Positions 14,810-22,815 of a stretch of 25,013 nt of DNA are shown in pieces. Every line of letters begins with the position of its first letter. Positions within the stretch are counted from its first letter, which is position 1. The stretch lies in IMG/VR virus record IMGVR_UViG_3300037558_002946; one strand, 5' to 3'. The translations under genes and the position numbers were made by a program. Source of the stretch: a virus. The notes below the pieces were generated by a model. That model did not search any database, was not told the origin of the DNA, and saw only the letters and a list, made by a program, of their open reading frames with translations.

Positions 14810-16338
14810 GGCTCTCCCTTGATCATCCTCTCGATATTGTCGAGACGTACCATCAGCGTGGCGATTGCGTTAATCAATTGGATCATTCTATCCTGCTTCG
14901 AAGCTCTCTCGACCCTCTCAAGGAAAAGTCTTTCGAGGCGCTCTATTCTCTTTTCTATGCTCGAAAACATGGACTTCATTATGTCTTCGAAGTTTTGCTG
15001 CGACATGCCACCAGCAATACAAGCCTCTATAGCATCTATGCGTTGTTGGATTTGCTGGATTTGTGGCTTAAGTTGAATTGCTGCTTCCAACCCTTCTCTT
15101 ACCAAATCGATCTCCTCTGGATTGTCGGACTCTATGTGGCCTTCACCATGACTGGCATCAATCCATAGTCTTTCATTCAAGCGAATCGGAGATGTTTCAA
15201 CAATACCTCCATTTTGCATCAATGTTTTAGTTCGACTTTCGTTGCGCAATTTCTTCATGATGTTTTGGATGAGTTTTGACTTCAAAGCCCATTCTGGCTT
15301 GCTCAATAGGTAAGGCTTGTCGAGCTCTATTTCGACACCCTTAGCATATTGCTCTCGAAGCCATATTTGAACAGCCCTATCCAACATCCGTATAACTTCA
15401 GCTGCTGCTTCCTCCGCAGATTTATCGATAAATTCAACATCTTCAGCAAGTTCTGCTACGACTTTGTACTTTAACGCCCGGATCCGGACAACTATGCTGT
15501 TGACAGTGATCAAGTATACGTGGCCAGTCCAACCCTTTGGTGTGTACGATTTGAGGTACGACTGACATTCGGTTGAGAAGGGTTGATTTTGGTTGACAAT
15601 GTGATAAGCCAATTGCAAGCGGTGCACATTGATCGGGAGCTTTTGCGGGGAGCTAACATCCCTGTTGTTGCGTGGTTGACAATTGGGTTTGCTGTGTGCC
15701 TTTATGAATGCGATGATAGCTTTCTTAACGACATATAACTTGTCCCTCTTTTTTCCGAAGCCCCAATGAGACCCTTTCTCTGCGATGAATCCCCATTTTA
15801 TGAATTTCTTAACCCACTTGTGTACCGCTTGCCTCGATATTCTGAGTTTTCTGGCAATCTGGCTTTGAGTTAAGCCTTCGTATAACAATTTCAGAATTTG
15901 CTTAGCTCTCTCACATAAGTTCTCGAGTATGCCTATATCCCTAAGGTCCAAGGGTTTGTCAACCACCCATGTTGGAGGTTTGTCAACCACATTGTCAACA
16001 TGTGTTCTTGGTCTCGTGTCCTTACTTTTTGTGATTGCTCGGCCATTCTTTGAGATACGATATGATAACCCATGATGTGATTGCTCTGTTTCAAAAATGG
16101 AGGATGGAGATTGCTTTGATTCGTTGAGTTTTGTCAACCCATCATCATGAGATTGACTATCAATCTCGCTGTCAACCAAGACTATGTATGTCTCGCTGCC
16201 AACATACCTCCTCTCGACTGGCAGCGATAAGAGATGCCACTCGATGGATGGTACAGGATAACCAGTAAGCTCGGCCAATTCCTTTAAAGTGCGAGGTTTC
16301 TCCTGGAGAATAGTTATTATGCGGTCTCTGATGCTCAT
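14806..16338 (-). CDS. Multi-wHTH protein, putative replication initiator
   Basis: N-terminal wHTH (PRTLKELAELTG), low-complexity linker, second HTH (GLTQSQIARKLRISRQAVHKWVKK), alpha/beta domain and C-terminal coiled coil. The gene contains iteron-like repeats. Confidence 0.55.
   Translation of the reverse strand: MSIRDRIITILQEKPRTLKELAELTGYPVPSIEWHLLSLPVERRYVGSETYIVLVDSEIDSQSHDDGLTKLNESKQSPSSIFETEQSHHGLSYRISKNGRAITKSKDTRPRTHVDNVVDKPPTWVVDKPLDLRDIGILENLCERAKQILKLLYEGLTQSQIARKLRISRQAVHKWVKKFIKWGFIAEKGSHWGFGKKRDKLYVVKKAIIAFIKAHSKPNCQPRNNRDVSSPQKLPINVHRLQLAYHIVNQNQPFSTECQSYLKSYTPKGWTGHVYLITVNSIVVRIRALKYKVVAELAEDVEFIDKSAEEAAAEVIRMLDRAVQIWLREQYAKGVEIELDKPYLLSKPEWALKSKLIQNIMKKLRNESRTKTLMQNGGIVETSPIRLNERLWIDASHGEGHIESDNPEEIDLVREGLEAAIQLKPQIQQIQQRIDAIEACIAGGMSQQNFEDIMKSMFSSIEKRIERLERLFLERVERASKQDRMIQLINAIATLMVRLDNIERMIKGEP
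15499..16178. repeat. Dispersed iteron-like repeats, consensus TTGTCAACCA(C), 8 copies in two opposing orientations
   Basis: Direct copies: 15956-15966, 15980-15990, 15992-15999, 16131-16139, 16170-16178. Inverted copies: 15499-15505, 15590-15599, 15672-15682. Confidence 0.8.
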
Positions 16339-16341
16339 AGC

Positions 16342-17367
16342 TTACGTGCCATCGTACATGTTGCCGATGAGCTCCCTCTCTTGCTTCAATTTCATCTTTA
16401 TGTCCTCAGAGAGCGAGAACGACTGTTTGATGAGCTTGAGTTTTCTCCCCTCTTTCACGAGTTCCGCATCGAAATCGACATAATTGGCGAAGATTGGCAT
16501 TAGAAACGATGATGCCACTTTCCTGTCAATGTTGAGTTCAAGTTTTTCAGCAACTCTTGCTATGTCCTCAGCATAAGCTTCCTCTGGTAAACTCTCGAAG
16601 AGCTCTTTTATTTTATCGTAATCGTAAACTCTGGACCACAACCTTCTGCCATCTTTATTTGTCACTCGGATGATCAACTTGCCATCGTGGATAGCGTATT
16701 GGAAGTAGCGATGGGAAATCCAAATAACACTCTCTTCGTCATACGCTGGCTTCCTCCCACGCCTCTTCGGTTTTACTGGCTCTCTTGGTTCTCGGAAATT
16801 GATTAGTTCGGTACCCTTGACAAGGATCATTTCCGAGCCTCTCTTGTGGGCCTTCACAAGCTTGGCTTCGAAGTCGTTGTGAGCCGAGAATATGTGCATC
16901 AAGTACCTCGCAGTAGCATCAGAAATCTTGAGTTCCATCTCCCTTGCTTGCTTCAATACATCTTTAACAGTGGACCGTGCTGGAAGAGCATCGAACAATT
17001 CCTTGACTTTTGAGAATATTAGCCTCCGCTTGAAGCCTGGAGGATCGGCCCTATGCTTGAAGTATATCAGATCGTTCTTTTCGTCAATGAAGTAGTAAAT
17101 GCTTCCAACTTCTCGCCATCCTGGTTCGCTTAATTCTTTGTCAGGCTCATCCAGCATCCTTTCTATGGCAAAAATGAAATAGGCCGCACCATCGACCAAA
17201 TCGTCGAGTAATTTTTCCTTGCAACCAGTCTGGAGCATTGTTGAGGATCTGTAAGACTTTACTCGGGCCATCGCTATGAGATCTTCGAGTGGCAATTGCT
17301 TCCAAGTTTGCTTGTATAGAGAGTCGCGCTCGTTTATCTTGTCGAGAATTAACTCAATTGCCCTCAT
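16342..17367 (-). CDS. Nmad1/DUF1599-like all-alpha NTP-pyrophosphatase-type domain fused to two tandem ~95-aa repeats
   Basis: N-terminus Y-x-x-x-W...L...K-x-x-R...D-D-L-V-D-x-x-x-Y; duplicated KxKELFxxLP...LMxIF...DFxAxLVK; start re-assigned to ATG 17367 (GGAGGT RBS). Confidence 0.6.
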   Translation of the reverse strand: MRAIELILDKINERDSLYKQTWKQLPLEDLIAMARVKSYRSSTMLQTGCKEKLLDDLVDGAAYFIFAIERMLDEPDKELSEPGWREVGSIYYFIDEKNDLIYFKHRADPPGFKRRLIFSKVKELFDALPARSTVKDVLKQAREMELKISDATARYLMHIFSAHNDFEAKLVKAHKRGSEMILVKGTELINFREPREPVKPKRRGRKPAYDEESVIWISHRYFQYAIHDGKLIIRVTNKDGRRLWSRVYDYDKIKELFESLPEEAYAEDIARVAEKLELNIDRKVASSFLMPIFANYVDFDAELVKEGRKLKLIKQSFSLSEDIKMKLKQERELIGNMYDGT

Positions 17368-17563
17368 TGGTGTTACCTCCAAAGAAAGCGAAGCAAGGAA
17401 GGATTGCAACAAAGTCAGCTTCTGGATTGAGCTTGCTGTCATACAGATCTTCGGCAAATTCTTTGGCCTCGTCGAAATACTTGAAAGGTTTTGCGTTCAC
17501 GATTTGCTCGTACCCCTCCAACTTAGCATTGTAATGATTCTCAACCCACAGAACTAAGAACAC
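17354..17563 (-). CDS. Hypothetical protein (69 aa)
   Basis: Fills the gap, overlapping both neighbours; GTG start with RBS. Confidence 0.55.
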   Translation of the reverse strand: MFLVLWVENHYNAKLEGYEQIVNAKPFKYFDEAKEFAEDLYDSKLNPEADFVAILPCFAFFGGNTNEGN

Positions 17564-18188
17564 GATTCCATCCCTCCATCTCTCCCTCGAACTCGATTGG
17601 TAGATCGATTCTGTAGCGGCGCTGGATGTTGTGTTTGCAAAGATCTTTCAATCTGAGGAACAAGTGAAAAATTGTCTCGATGTCTCTCTGGCAATGGGCC
17701 CTTATCTCCGCAAATTTCGATTCCTCGTACAACTTCGGTATATCTCTGCCAGATATCTCAGAATCGTATGGAAGGCCAAGATATTCCGCGATTTCTTTCA
17801 GTTTTACGTGCTTGTTGTTGGGTTGGAGATACCTCGTAACAACATACATAAGATCCACGCGATAAAGCTGCCTCAATCGCGTAACGAGCGACGAGTTGTA
17901 CTCGTGTTTTAGATATCTCGCAGAAATAAAGGGTATGTCAAAGCTGATGTTGTATCCAATTATGCAATTCGAATCGTTTTCAGTGAGCTTGTAGATAGCT
18001 TTTACAATCATGTCGTCTTCGCTGTACTCGTCCCTCGACAGCACTTCGACTCTGAGCTTGTCATCCTCGATGTACCCTACGCCTATTGCTACTATCTCGC
18101 ACTCTGTTTTCTTTTCAGTCGGGATGGGGTCCAAGCCAGTCGTTTCGATATCGAGAAAAACAGGATTTAATCGGAGAATTGCTGTCAT
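17541..18188 (-). CDS. DEDD 3'-5' exonuclease (DnaQ/PolB-exo/RNase H-like)
   Basis: ExoI FLDIETTGLDP, ExoII IIGYNISFDIPF, ExoIII HCQRDI. Confidence 0.9.
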   Translation of the reverse strand: MTAILRLNPVFLDIETTGLDPIPTEKKTECEIVAIGVGYIEDDKLRVEVLSRDEYSEDDMIVKAIYKLTENDSNCIIGYNISFDIPFISARYLKHEYNSSLVTRLRQLYRVDLMYVVTRYLQPNNKHVKLKEIAEYLGLPYDSEISGRDIPKLYEESKFAEIRAHCQRDIETIFHLFLRLKDLCKHNIQRRYRIDLPIEFEGEMEGWNRVLSSVG

Positions 18189-18625
18189 TTTGCATCTACC
18201 TCCCTTATCGCATTAAATAAGTCATTTCTATCGATTTTCTTCCACTCTGCATCTTTTTGGGCATCGTAGGGACAAAAATTAGGAGGAAACCATGCAAGTG
18301 CTGGACCTATGTATATGCATGGCGCTCCACAAAGCTTGCAGAGGAAGACGTTCTCGTTTCCATATAGCTTCAACTTTCCAAGAGATTTCGTAAGAAGGGG
18401 AGCTTTGCAATGCTTCAGAAACTCGCGAGTGTAGCGTATACAATCTTCCCTGCCGCACATCCCATCTTCAGCCTCTTGCCTCAGAGGACAATCTTTATTG
18501 CAGAATACATGTGCAATTGAGTCTTGTACCTCCGACAGATGCAAGTGTCTCAGAATGTCCAAGCCCTTTAATTTTGTAGCAAGATATCGGAAGAATGTTG
18601 CTCTATCGCGTTCGTTCTCTCTCAT
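18185..18625 (-). CDS. Cys-rich (zinc-finger-like) hypothetical protein
   Basis: FCNKDCP, CGREDC, CKLCGAPC; start at ATG 18625 (GGAGGT RBS). Confidence 0.6.
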   Translation of the reverse strand: MRENERDRATFFRYLATKLKGLDILRHLHLSEVQDSIAHVFCNKDCPLRQEAEDGMCGREDCIRYTREFLKHCKAPLLTKSLGKLKLYGNENVFLCKLCGAPCIYIGPALAWFPPNFCPYDAQKDAEWKKIDRNDLFNAIREVDAK

Positions 18626-18638
18626 TATATCAAACCTC

Positions 18639-18836
18639 CTAAAATAGCCCGAACATTCTCCCAAGCCTATCTCTTTCCCTTTCCAACTCTCTGTAAGCTA
18701 AGTCATCCAACTCGTCAGCCCTTATGAAGTGCGGGCAATACTTGCATTTTCTAAGCCCACATTCTTCTGGCTCGAATTCCTCATCGACCTCAGTATCGAA
18801 GTAATAGCTCTTCGGGTTGTTGCAAGCTCCCTTCAT
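18639..18836 (-). CDS. Small Cys-rich protein (65 aa)
   Basis: MKGACNNPK...CGLRKCKYCPHF; ATGA overlap with the upstream gene. Confidence 0.6.
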   Translation of the reverse strand: MKGACNNPKSYYFDTEVDEEFEPEECGLRKCKYCPHFIRADELDDLAYRELERERDRLGRMFGLF

Positions 18837-19201
18837 CTTGATCCCTCCCGAATTCGCCAGAGCAATCGTATCGGACAATTGTATCGCTCGCCATTCCACT
18901 CGAAAATCGCCATCCTTCTGTTCACGACAGCCACGAGCTTGACAACAACTCCTCTCGGAACTCTCGCGTATTTTGGACCCATGTAAATTCTGAGTTCATC
19001 CTTGAGTTCGACATCCGAAAGAAAGTTGTTAGGACAGAGTTCAATGCAATCGTATATCGTTATTATTGGTGGCAAGCCTGTAAGTTCAGAGAACTTTTCG
19101 CACCACCAGTATTCGCCATAGGGAACCTTCCCCTTCAGGAAATCGCAATCCAAGAGATCAAGCAATCCCTTATCTTTGGCAATCTTCAGAAACTCATCCA
19201 C
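18833..19201 (-). CDS. Hypothetical protein with SH3/KOW-like C-terminus
   Basis: GTG start at 19201 after GAGGAGG; C-terminal beta-rich VPRGVVVKLVAVVNRRMAIFEWNGERYNCPIRLL. Confidence 0.55.
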   Translation of the reverse strand: MDEFLKIAKDKGLLDLLDCDFLKGKVPYGEYWWCEKFSELTGLPPIITIYDCIELCPNNFLSDVELKDELRIYMGPKYARVPRGVVVKLVAVVNRRMAIFEWNGERYNCPIRLLWRIREGSR

Positions 19202-19316
19202 ACGAATCGGCCTCCTCTGGAAAACAATCGAAGTACAACTCGCACTCGTGGCAGCAATCGTTGTGGCCCTCGATCCACATGTTGCAAGGAAAGTGAGGGC
19301 AGAGTTCGCAACACAT
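19194..19316 (-). CDS. Cys-rich micro-protein (40 aa, 8 Cys)
   Basis: MCCELCPHFPCNMWIEGHNDCCHECELYFDCFPEEADSCG, after a GAGGTG RBS and the stop of the DUF5131 gene. Confidence 0.55.
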   Translation of the reverse strand: MCCELCPHFPCNMWIEGHNDCCHECELYFDCFPEEADSCG

Positions 19317-19320
19317 GGCA

Positions 19321-20025
19321 TCATCGCACCTCCGGAAATTCTTGGATCTTCTCTGGCCATCGCAAGTTGTTCTTGAGGAAAATTGGGATTCCAAGTTCTC
19401 TTGCTGGCTTTATTATGCGTTCCACCCACTCTGGCTTAGGTGGGCGATAAGGATTGGTTTGGGCACCAACGATTATCCAATCGATGCCCTCGAAATCATC
19501 TGGCTCAAAAACACTCGGTTGCTTTAGCAATGGTTCAAAGCTCAGAAATCTGACCGATGGAGTTTTGGCTCTGAGCAACCAAGATTTAGCCACGTACAGA
19601 TTTGCAAGATTCACACCATCTAATGTCGCTCCAATCCAAGTGTTCTTTGGAAATGCGAACCACGAGTACCTTCTCGGATTCTTCGTCAAAAATTGAAATA
19701 CATGCTGCGAGTTGTCCTTGACAACATTGAGGACTTTGTGAACCCACTCTATTGGCACCCAAGCACCAAAAAGGTCTCCCATACTGACTGTGAAGATCAT
19801 AGCGCTACCCATTGGGAGGTACGGATTCCTCGATCTGAAACTCTTTGGAACACTGTTATATGGCTCTTTCAGTCTTTCAGAGTGGAATGTTGGAGCATAG
19901 CCATACGGAAATAGCTTTTTGAAGCGATTAGCGATTTTGCGACCATAACAATAGGGGCAATTATGCAAGCAACCAGTTACAGGGTTCCAAGTGAAATCGG
20001 TCCATTCGATCTTTGTCCTATTCAT
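19321..20025 (-). CDS. DUF5131 / phage gp37-gp68 family radical SAM protein
   Basis: MNRTKIEWTDFTWNPVTGCLHNCPYCY (CxxxCxxC), FTVSMGDLF, FQFLTKNP, FLSFEPLL, IDWIIVGAQT, IPIFLKN, QEFP. Confidence 0.9.
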   Translation of the reverse strand: MNRTKIEWTDFTWNPVTGCLHNCPYCYGRKIANRFKKLFPYGYAPTFHSERLKEPYNSVPKSFRSRNPYLPMGSAMIFTVSMGDLFGAWVPIEWVHKVLNVVKDNSQHVFQFLTKNPRRYSWFAFPKNTWIGATLDGVNLANLYVAKSWLLRAKTPSVRFLSFEPLLKQPSVFEPDDFEGIDWIIVGAQTNPYRPPKPEWVERIIKPARELGIPIFLKNNLRWPEKIQEFPEVR

Positions 20026-20209
20026 ATCCTCCACCACTCCTGAGTTCGTCAACAAAAGCCCAAACGAGAACTGGAAGCCAAAGCACCATAGCTAAAAGCA
20101 ACGTGATCAATTTGTCCTCGGGCTTCTTGTGGTATTTTGTGGCTCCAAAGCCTACCCAAGCCCCAATTGCAAAATAAATTAGAATCAGAATTGATAACGC
20201 TGCCATCAT
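20018..20209 (-). CDS. Small membrane protein (2 TM)
   Basis: 63 aa with two hydrophobic helices separated by KYHKKPEDK. Confidence 0.65.
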   Translation of the reverse strand: MMAALSILILIYFAIGAWVGFGATKYHKKPEDKLITLLLAMVLWLPVLVWAFVDELRSGGGYE

Positions 20210-20334
20210 CTGTTACACCTCACTTGTTTGAATCCGACGAATCCGCCAAAATAGGGGCATTTCTGACACATCTCGAGTGTCATGAGTCCATGATGCTTGC
20301 AATTTACAGCTCCGATGACAATGACAATCTGCAT
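20206..20334 (-). CDS. Cys/His-rich micro-protein (42 aa), not in the ORF track
   Basis: MQIVIVIGAVNCKHHGLMTLEMCQKCPYFGGFVGFKQVRCNR; ATGA overlap with the downstream gene. Confidence 0.6.
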   Translation of the reverse strand: MQIVIVIGAVNCKHHGLMTLEMCQKCPYFGGFVGFKQVRCNR

Positions 20335-20336
20335 TG

Positions 20337-20579
20337 TTAATCCCCCTCGAACTCCACAAAATCGTCAAGACTTCGCTCATTGATGCTGCTAATCGGTTCG
20401 AGCTTCAGCTCGAAAACAGCGCCTTTTTTTATTGTTCTCAGAAATCTCTTCAAGTCCTCCTTTGTTTCAGCCTTGATTGTTATCGTGATGTCTATGTCTC
20501 CAGTGTTCTGCAACTTTGCTTTGTAAGTCCTTTTCTTCATCGAATCTTCAACACCAATGCTTCTGAGAGTTACATACAT
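20337..20579 (-). CDS. Hypothetical protein with C-terminal PIP-box-like motif (ERSLDDFV)
   Basis: Immediately downstream of pcn; small beta-rich protein ending NERSLDDFVEFEGD. Confidence 0.6.
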   Translation of the reverse strand: MYVTLRSIGVEDSMKKRTYKAKLQNTGDIDITITIKAETKEDLKRFLRTIKKGAVFELKLEPISSINERSLDDFVEFEGD

Positions 20580-20581
20580 TG

Positions 20582-21304
20582 CTATCCCTCGTACTCTATT
20601 CTTGGAGCCAAGAAATACTCCACAACGACACTTCCGATTTCGAAGTGCAACCTCACTGGATAATCGGTGCCAAGATGTATCGTGAGCAAATCGTCAGATG
20701 ATGCGACTTTTAGCATCATTTCCAAGTAATCCAAGCCAAACATGCTTCTGGCTTCAGCGCCCTCGAACTCTTCAAGATCCGCAGAATCGATTTCGAGAAC
20801 GAGCCTATCGATATCTCCTTTTGCTTCTACGTAGAACGATTCTTTGTCGGTTCTGAAAATTACGCTGTCAGATATGTTTTTAGCAAGAGAAATGAACTTC
20901 TTGACTTCTTCAACCTTCAAAGTTATCTTGGCTGGCAAATCCAAGCTTGGTTGTTTAGGCTCCCTTCTTATTGCCGAAGGATCTATGGCTTTAAGCTCGT
21001 ATGCCATGTTCCCGCTTCGCAACTTTATTGCTTTTCCATCGAAAACGATGTCTACTAAATCGTCCTTTTTCAGTCCTTTCAACAAATCGTTGAGTCTGTC
21101 TATGTCCACACCCACGATCTCTTCCTTCGCATCGAAGGCTTCGAAAGCATCCAATGGTACTTTCACGATGACCATCGCGACATTGCTGGCATCCACAGCT
21201 CTGACATTGAGTCCATCGTTGAATCGAAACTTTGCCTCGCTGACAAAAGGTCTGAGAGCTTGTACTACTGTTTTAAGAATAGAAGCCTTGCATATTACAT
21301 TCAT
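20582..21304 (-). CDS. pcn: DNA polymerase sliding clamp (PCNA)
   Basis: RAVDASNVAMV, GVDIDRL, IDPSAIRREP, ARSMFGLDYL, LTIHLGTDYPVRL and YFLAPRIE are characteristic of euryarchaeal PCNA and close to Archaeoglobus PCNA as recalled. Confidence 0.96.
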   Translation of the reverse strand: MNVICKASILKTVVQALRPFVSEAKFRFNDGLNVRAVDASNVAMVIVKVPLDAFEAFDAKEEIVGVDIDRLNDLLKGLKKDDLVDIVFDGKAIKLRSGNMAYELKAIDPSAIRREPKQPSLDLPAKITLKVEEVKKFISLAKNISDSVIFRTDKESFYVEAKGDIDRLVLEIDSADLEEFEGAEARSMFGLDYLEMMLKVASSDDLLTIHLGTDYPVRLHFEIGSVVVEYFLAPRIEYEG

Positions 21305-21579
21305 TCTCTCACCTCAACGCGTATTTTTGCGCTCTCGACAATCTGATCGAAGTCCACTATTCCTCCATGTACCAAGCTTTTAATGAGCAATTCAATCGCT
21401 TTCTTGGCTTGCCTCTCACTCTTCAACCTGAAGAATCCGAGGCGAGGCTTCTTCCTGTCCGTAACAGCGAAGAATTCGAAGCCATCCCTTCCATTTCTGT
21501 CCTTCGTTGGTCTGTAGTATATTTGCTTGATGTCATCGGCCCTGATGTAAAGTCTGCCAGTCTTTATCCACGTGTTCAT
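21301..21579 (-). CDS. Hypothetical protein (92 aa)
   Basis: ATGA-type overlaps with neighbours; beta-rich N-terminus plus a C-terminal helix. Confidence 0.65.
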   Translation of the reverse strand: MNTWIKTGRLYIRADDIKQIYYRPTKDRNGRDGFEFFAVTDRKKPRLGFFRLKSERQAKKAIELLIKSLVHGGIVDFDQIVESAKIRVEVRE

Positions 21580-21944
21580 TGGTCATCCCCTCCAGAACCA
21601 TCTACGACAACTTTGAGTGGCATTCCGATGTATTTGCTCAACATCTTCATCTTCCAGCCTTTCTTGCCAATGACTTTTCCAGCTGTCTTCCTGTTATCGA
21701 CTTCTATCGCCAAGTACAAGCGCTTGATACCATATTTGGAAAGGATTGATGACAGAGCTTTGATGTCCTTTGGTAAGGGCTTCATCAGAAGAATGTGGTT
21801 GCTGAGATCCTTGACCGCATCGTAGCTTATTATGGCGAAAATGTGATTCGGATCTTCCAAGCGAAGCAAGGCGTGTTCCTTTACTATGTTAACGATTGGC
21901 TCGCCCTTATTGGCAAGTATCTCTACAAGTTTCAATTCGTTCAT
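21576..21944 (-). CDS. KH-domain RNA-binding protein (archaeal NusA/S3-like KH)
   Basis: C-terminal AIEVDNRKTAGKVIGKKGWKMKMLSKYIGMPLKVV with an intact GxxG loop (IGKKG). Confidence 0.75.
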   Translation of the reverse strand: MNELKLVEILANKGEPIVNIVKEHALLRLEDPNHIFAIISYDAVKDLSNHILLMKPLPKDIKALSSILSKYGIKRLYLAIEVDNRKTAGKVIGKKGWKMKMLSKYIGMPLKVVVDGSGGDDQ

Positions 21945-22549
21945 CGCTCATCCCCCATGTACCTCTCGCTCAACCTCTCGATTTCATCAAGCACTACGAC
22001 AACATCCTTGTAGCGTACATCGCCCATCGTTGCAATGAACTTCCTCAAAGCGTGTTTCTCATCAGCGTTTCTCGCCTTCTCTATAGCATCCAAAACAGCT
22101 CTGATTGTCTTCTTGGGCAGCTTTGTTTTGCCATAAAGCAATGCCTCGAGGTCGTTGCGATCAAAAGAATATCTTATCCTGGAAATCGTGTCATTCAATC
22201 TCTTCAAAATTTCAATTGCCTCCTCGAGCAACAATCCATACTTTCGCACTTCTTCTGGCGTGATTGTCTTTTGCAATGGATTCGTGTCAAGGGGGCATTG
22301 TTGGAGCTCTTCTATCAGGACTATATCTCCAGTCGCCAAACAAACATGCCTATCGCCATTAATGTTCGCTATGCCGCTGTATTTGCAATCGTTGCAACCG
22401 AGAAACTCTTTGATGTCTATCAATTCCCCTCTCATGCAAAGGTCTCTATCGGGACAACTCTCATCGCATTGCTTGTTGTGGTATGGGTGGTCCTTGTTAT
22501 TCTGACATACCTCGAAGAACGGATTGGGAACTTGCTTCATTGCTCGCAC
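21941..22549 (-). CDS. Hypothetical protein: Cys-rich N-terminus plus helical C-terminus
   Basis: CQNN...CDESCPDRDLC, CNDC...C...C; helical basic C-terminal half. Confidence 0.6.
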   Translation of the reverse strand: MRAMKQVPNPFFEVCQNNKDHPYHNKQCDESCPDRDLCMRGELIDIKEFLGCNDCKYSGIANINGDRHVCLATGDIVLIEELQQCPLDTNPLQKTITPEEVRKYGLLLEEAIEILKRLNDTISRIRYSFDRNDLEALLYGKTKLPKKTIRAVLDAIEKARNADEKHALRKFIATMGDVRYKDVVVVLDEIERLSERYMGDER

Positions 22550-22815
22550 CCCTTACAAAAATTGCGGATCTTCTCCTCTGCCTCCCTTGGCAACTTGAAA
22601 ATTGGAATCAGCATTTCGTTGTTTATTATATCTATAATTTCCTCAGCGGTTTTGGCGTATTTTATGCCAAGTGTTCTGAACTTTCCACTCCAGTACTTGA
22701 TAGTACTTGTTATTTTGAATCTTGGTTTCCGCTTGTAGCGCTGAATGGTGATAAACTCGTAACCCACCCAAGTTCGACCCAATGGTATTGTCAACTTGTC
22801 TGACAAGAGTATCAC
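22537..22815 (-). CDS. Hypothetical protein (92 aa)
   Basis: In-operon ORF with overlapping junctions. Confidence 0.55.
   Translation of the reverse strand: MILLSDKLTIPLGRTWVGYEFITIQRYKRKPRFKITSTIKYWSGKFRTLGIKYAKTAEEIIDIINNEMLIPIFKLPREAEEKIRNFCKGCEQ

Noticed and set aside
19202-19429. N-terminal extension of the 198-aa ORF 18833..19429 in the ORF track
   Set aside because: It overlaps the DUF5131 gene and the 40-aa Cys-rich ORF; a GTG start with a strong RBS at 19201 explains the region better.
20825-20836. Palindrome TTCTACGTAGAA inside pcn, resembling the operator half-sites
   Set aside because: Zero spacer instead of one, mid-gene position and a single occurrence; probably chance, although cheap to include in an EMSA.
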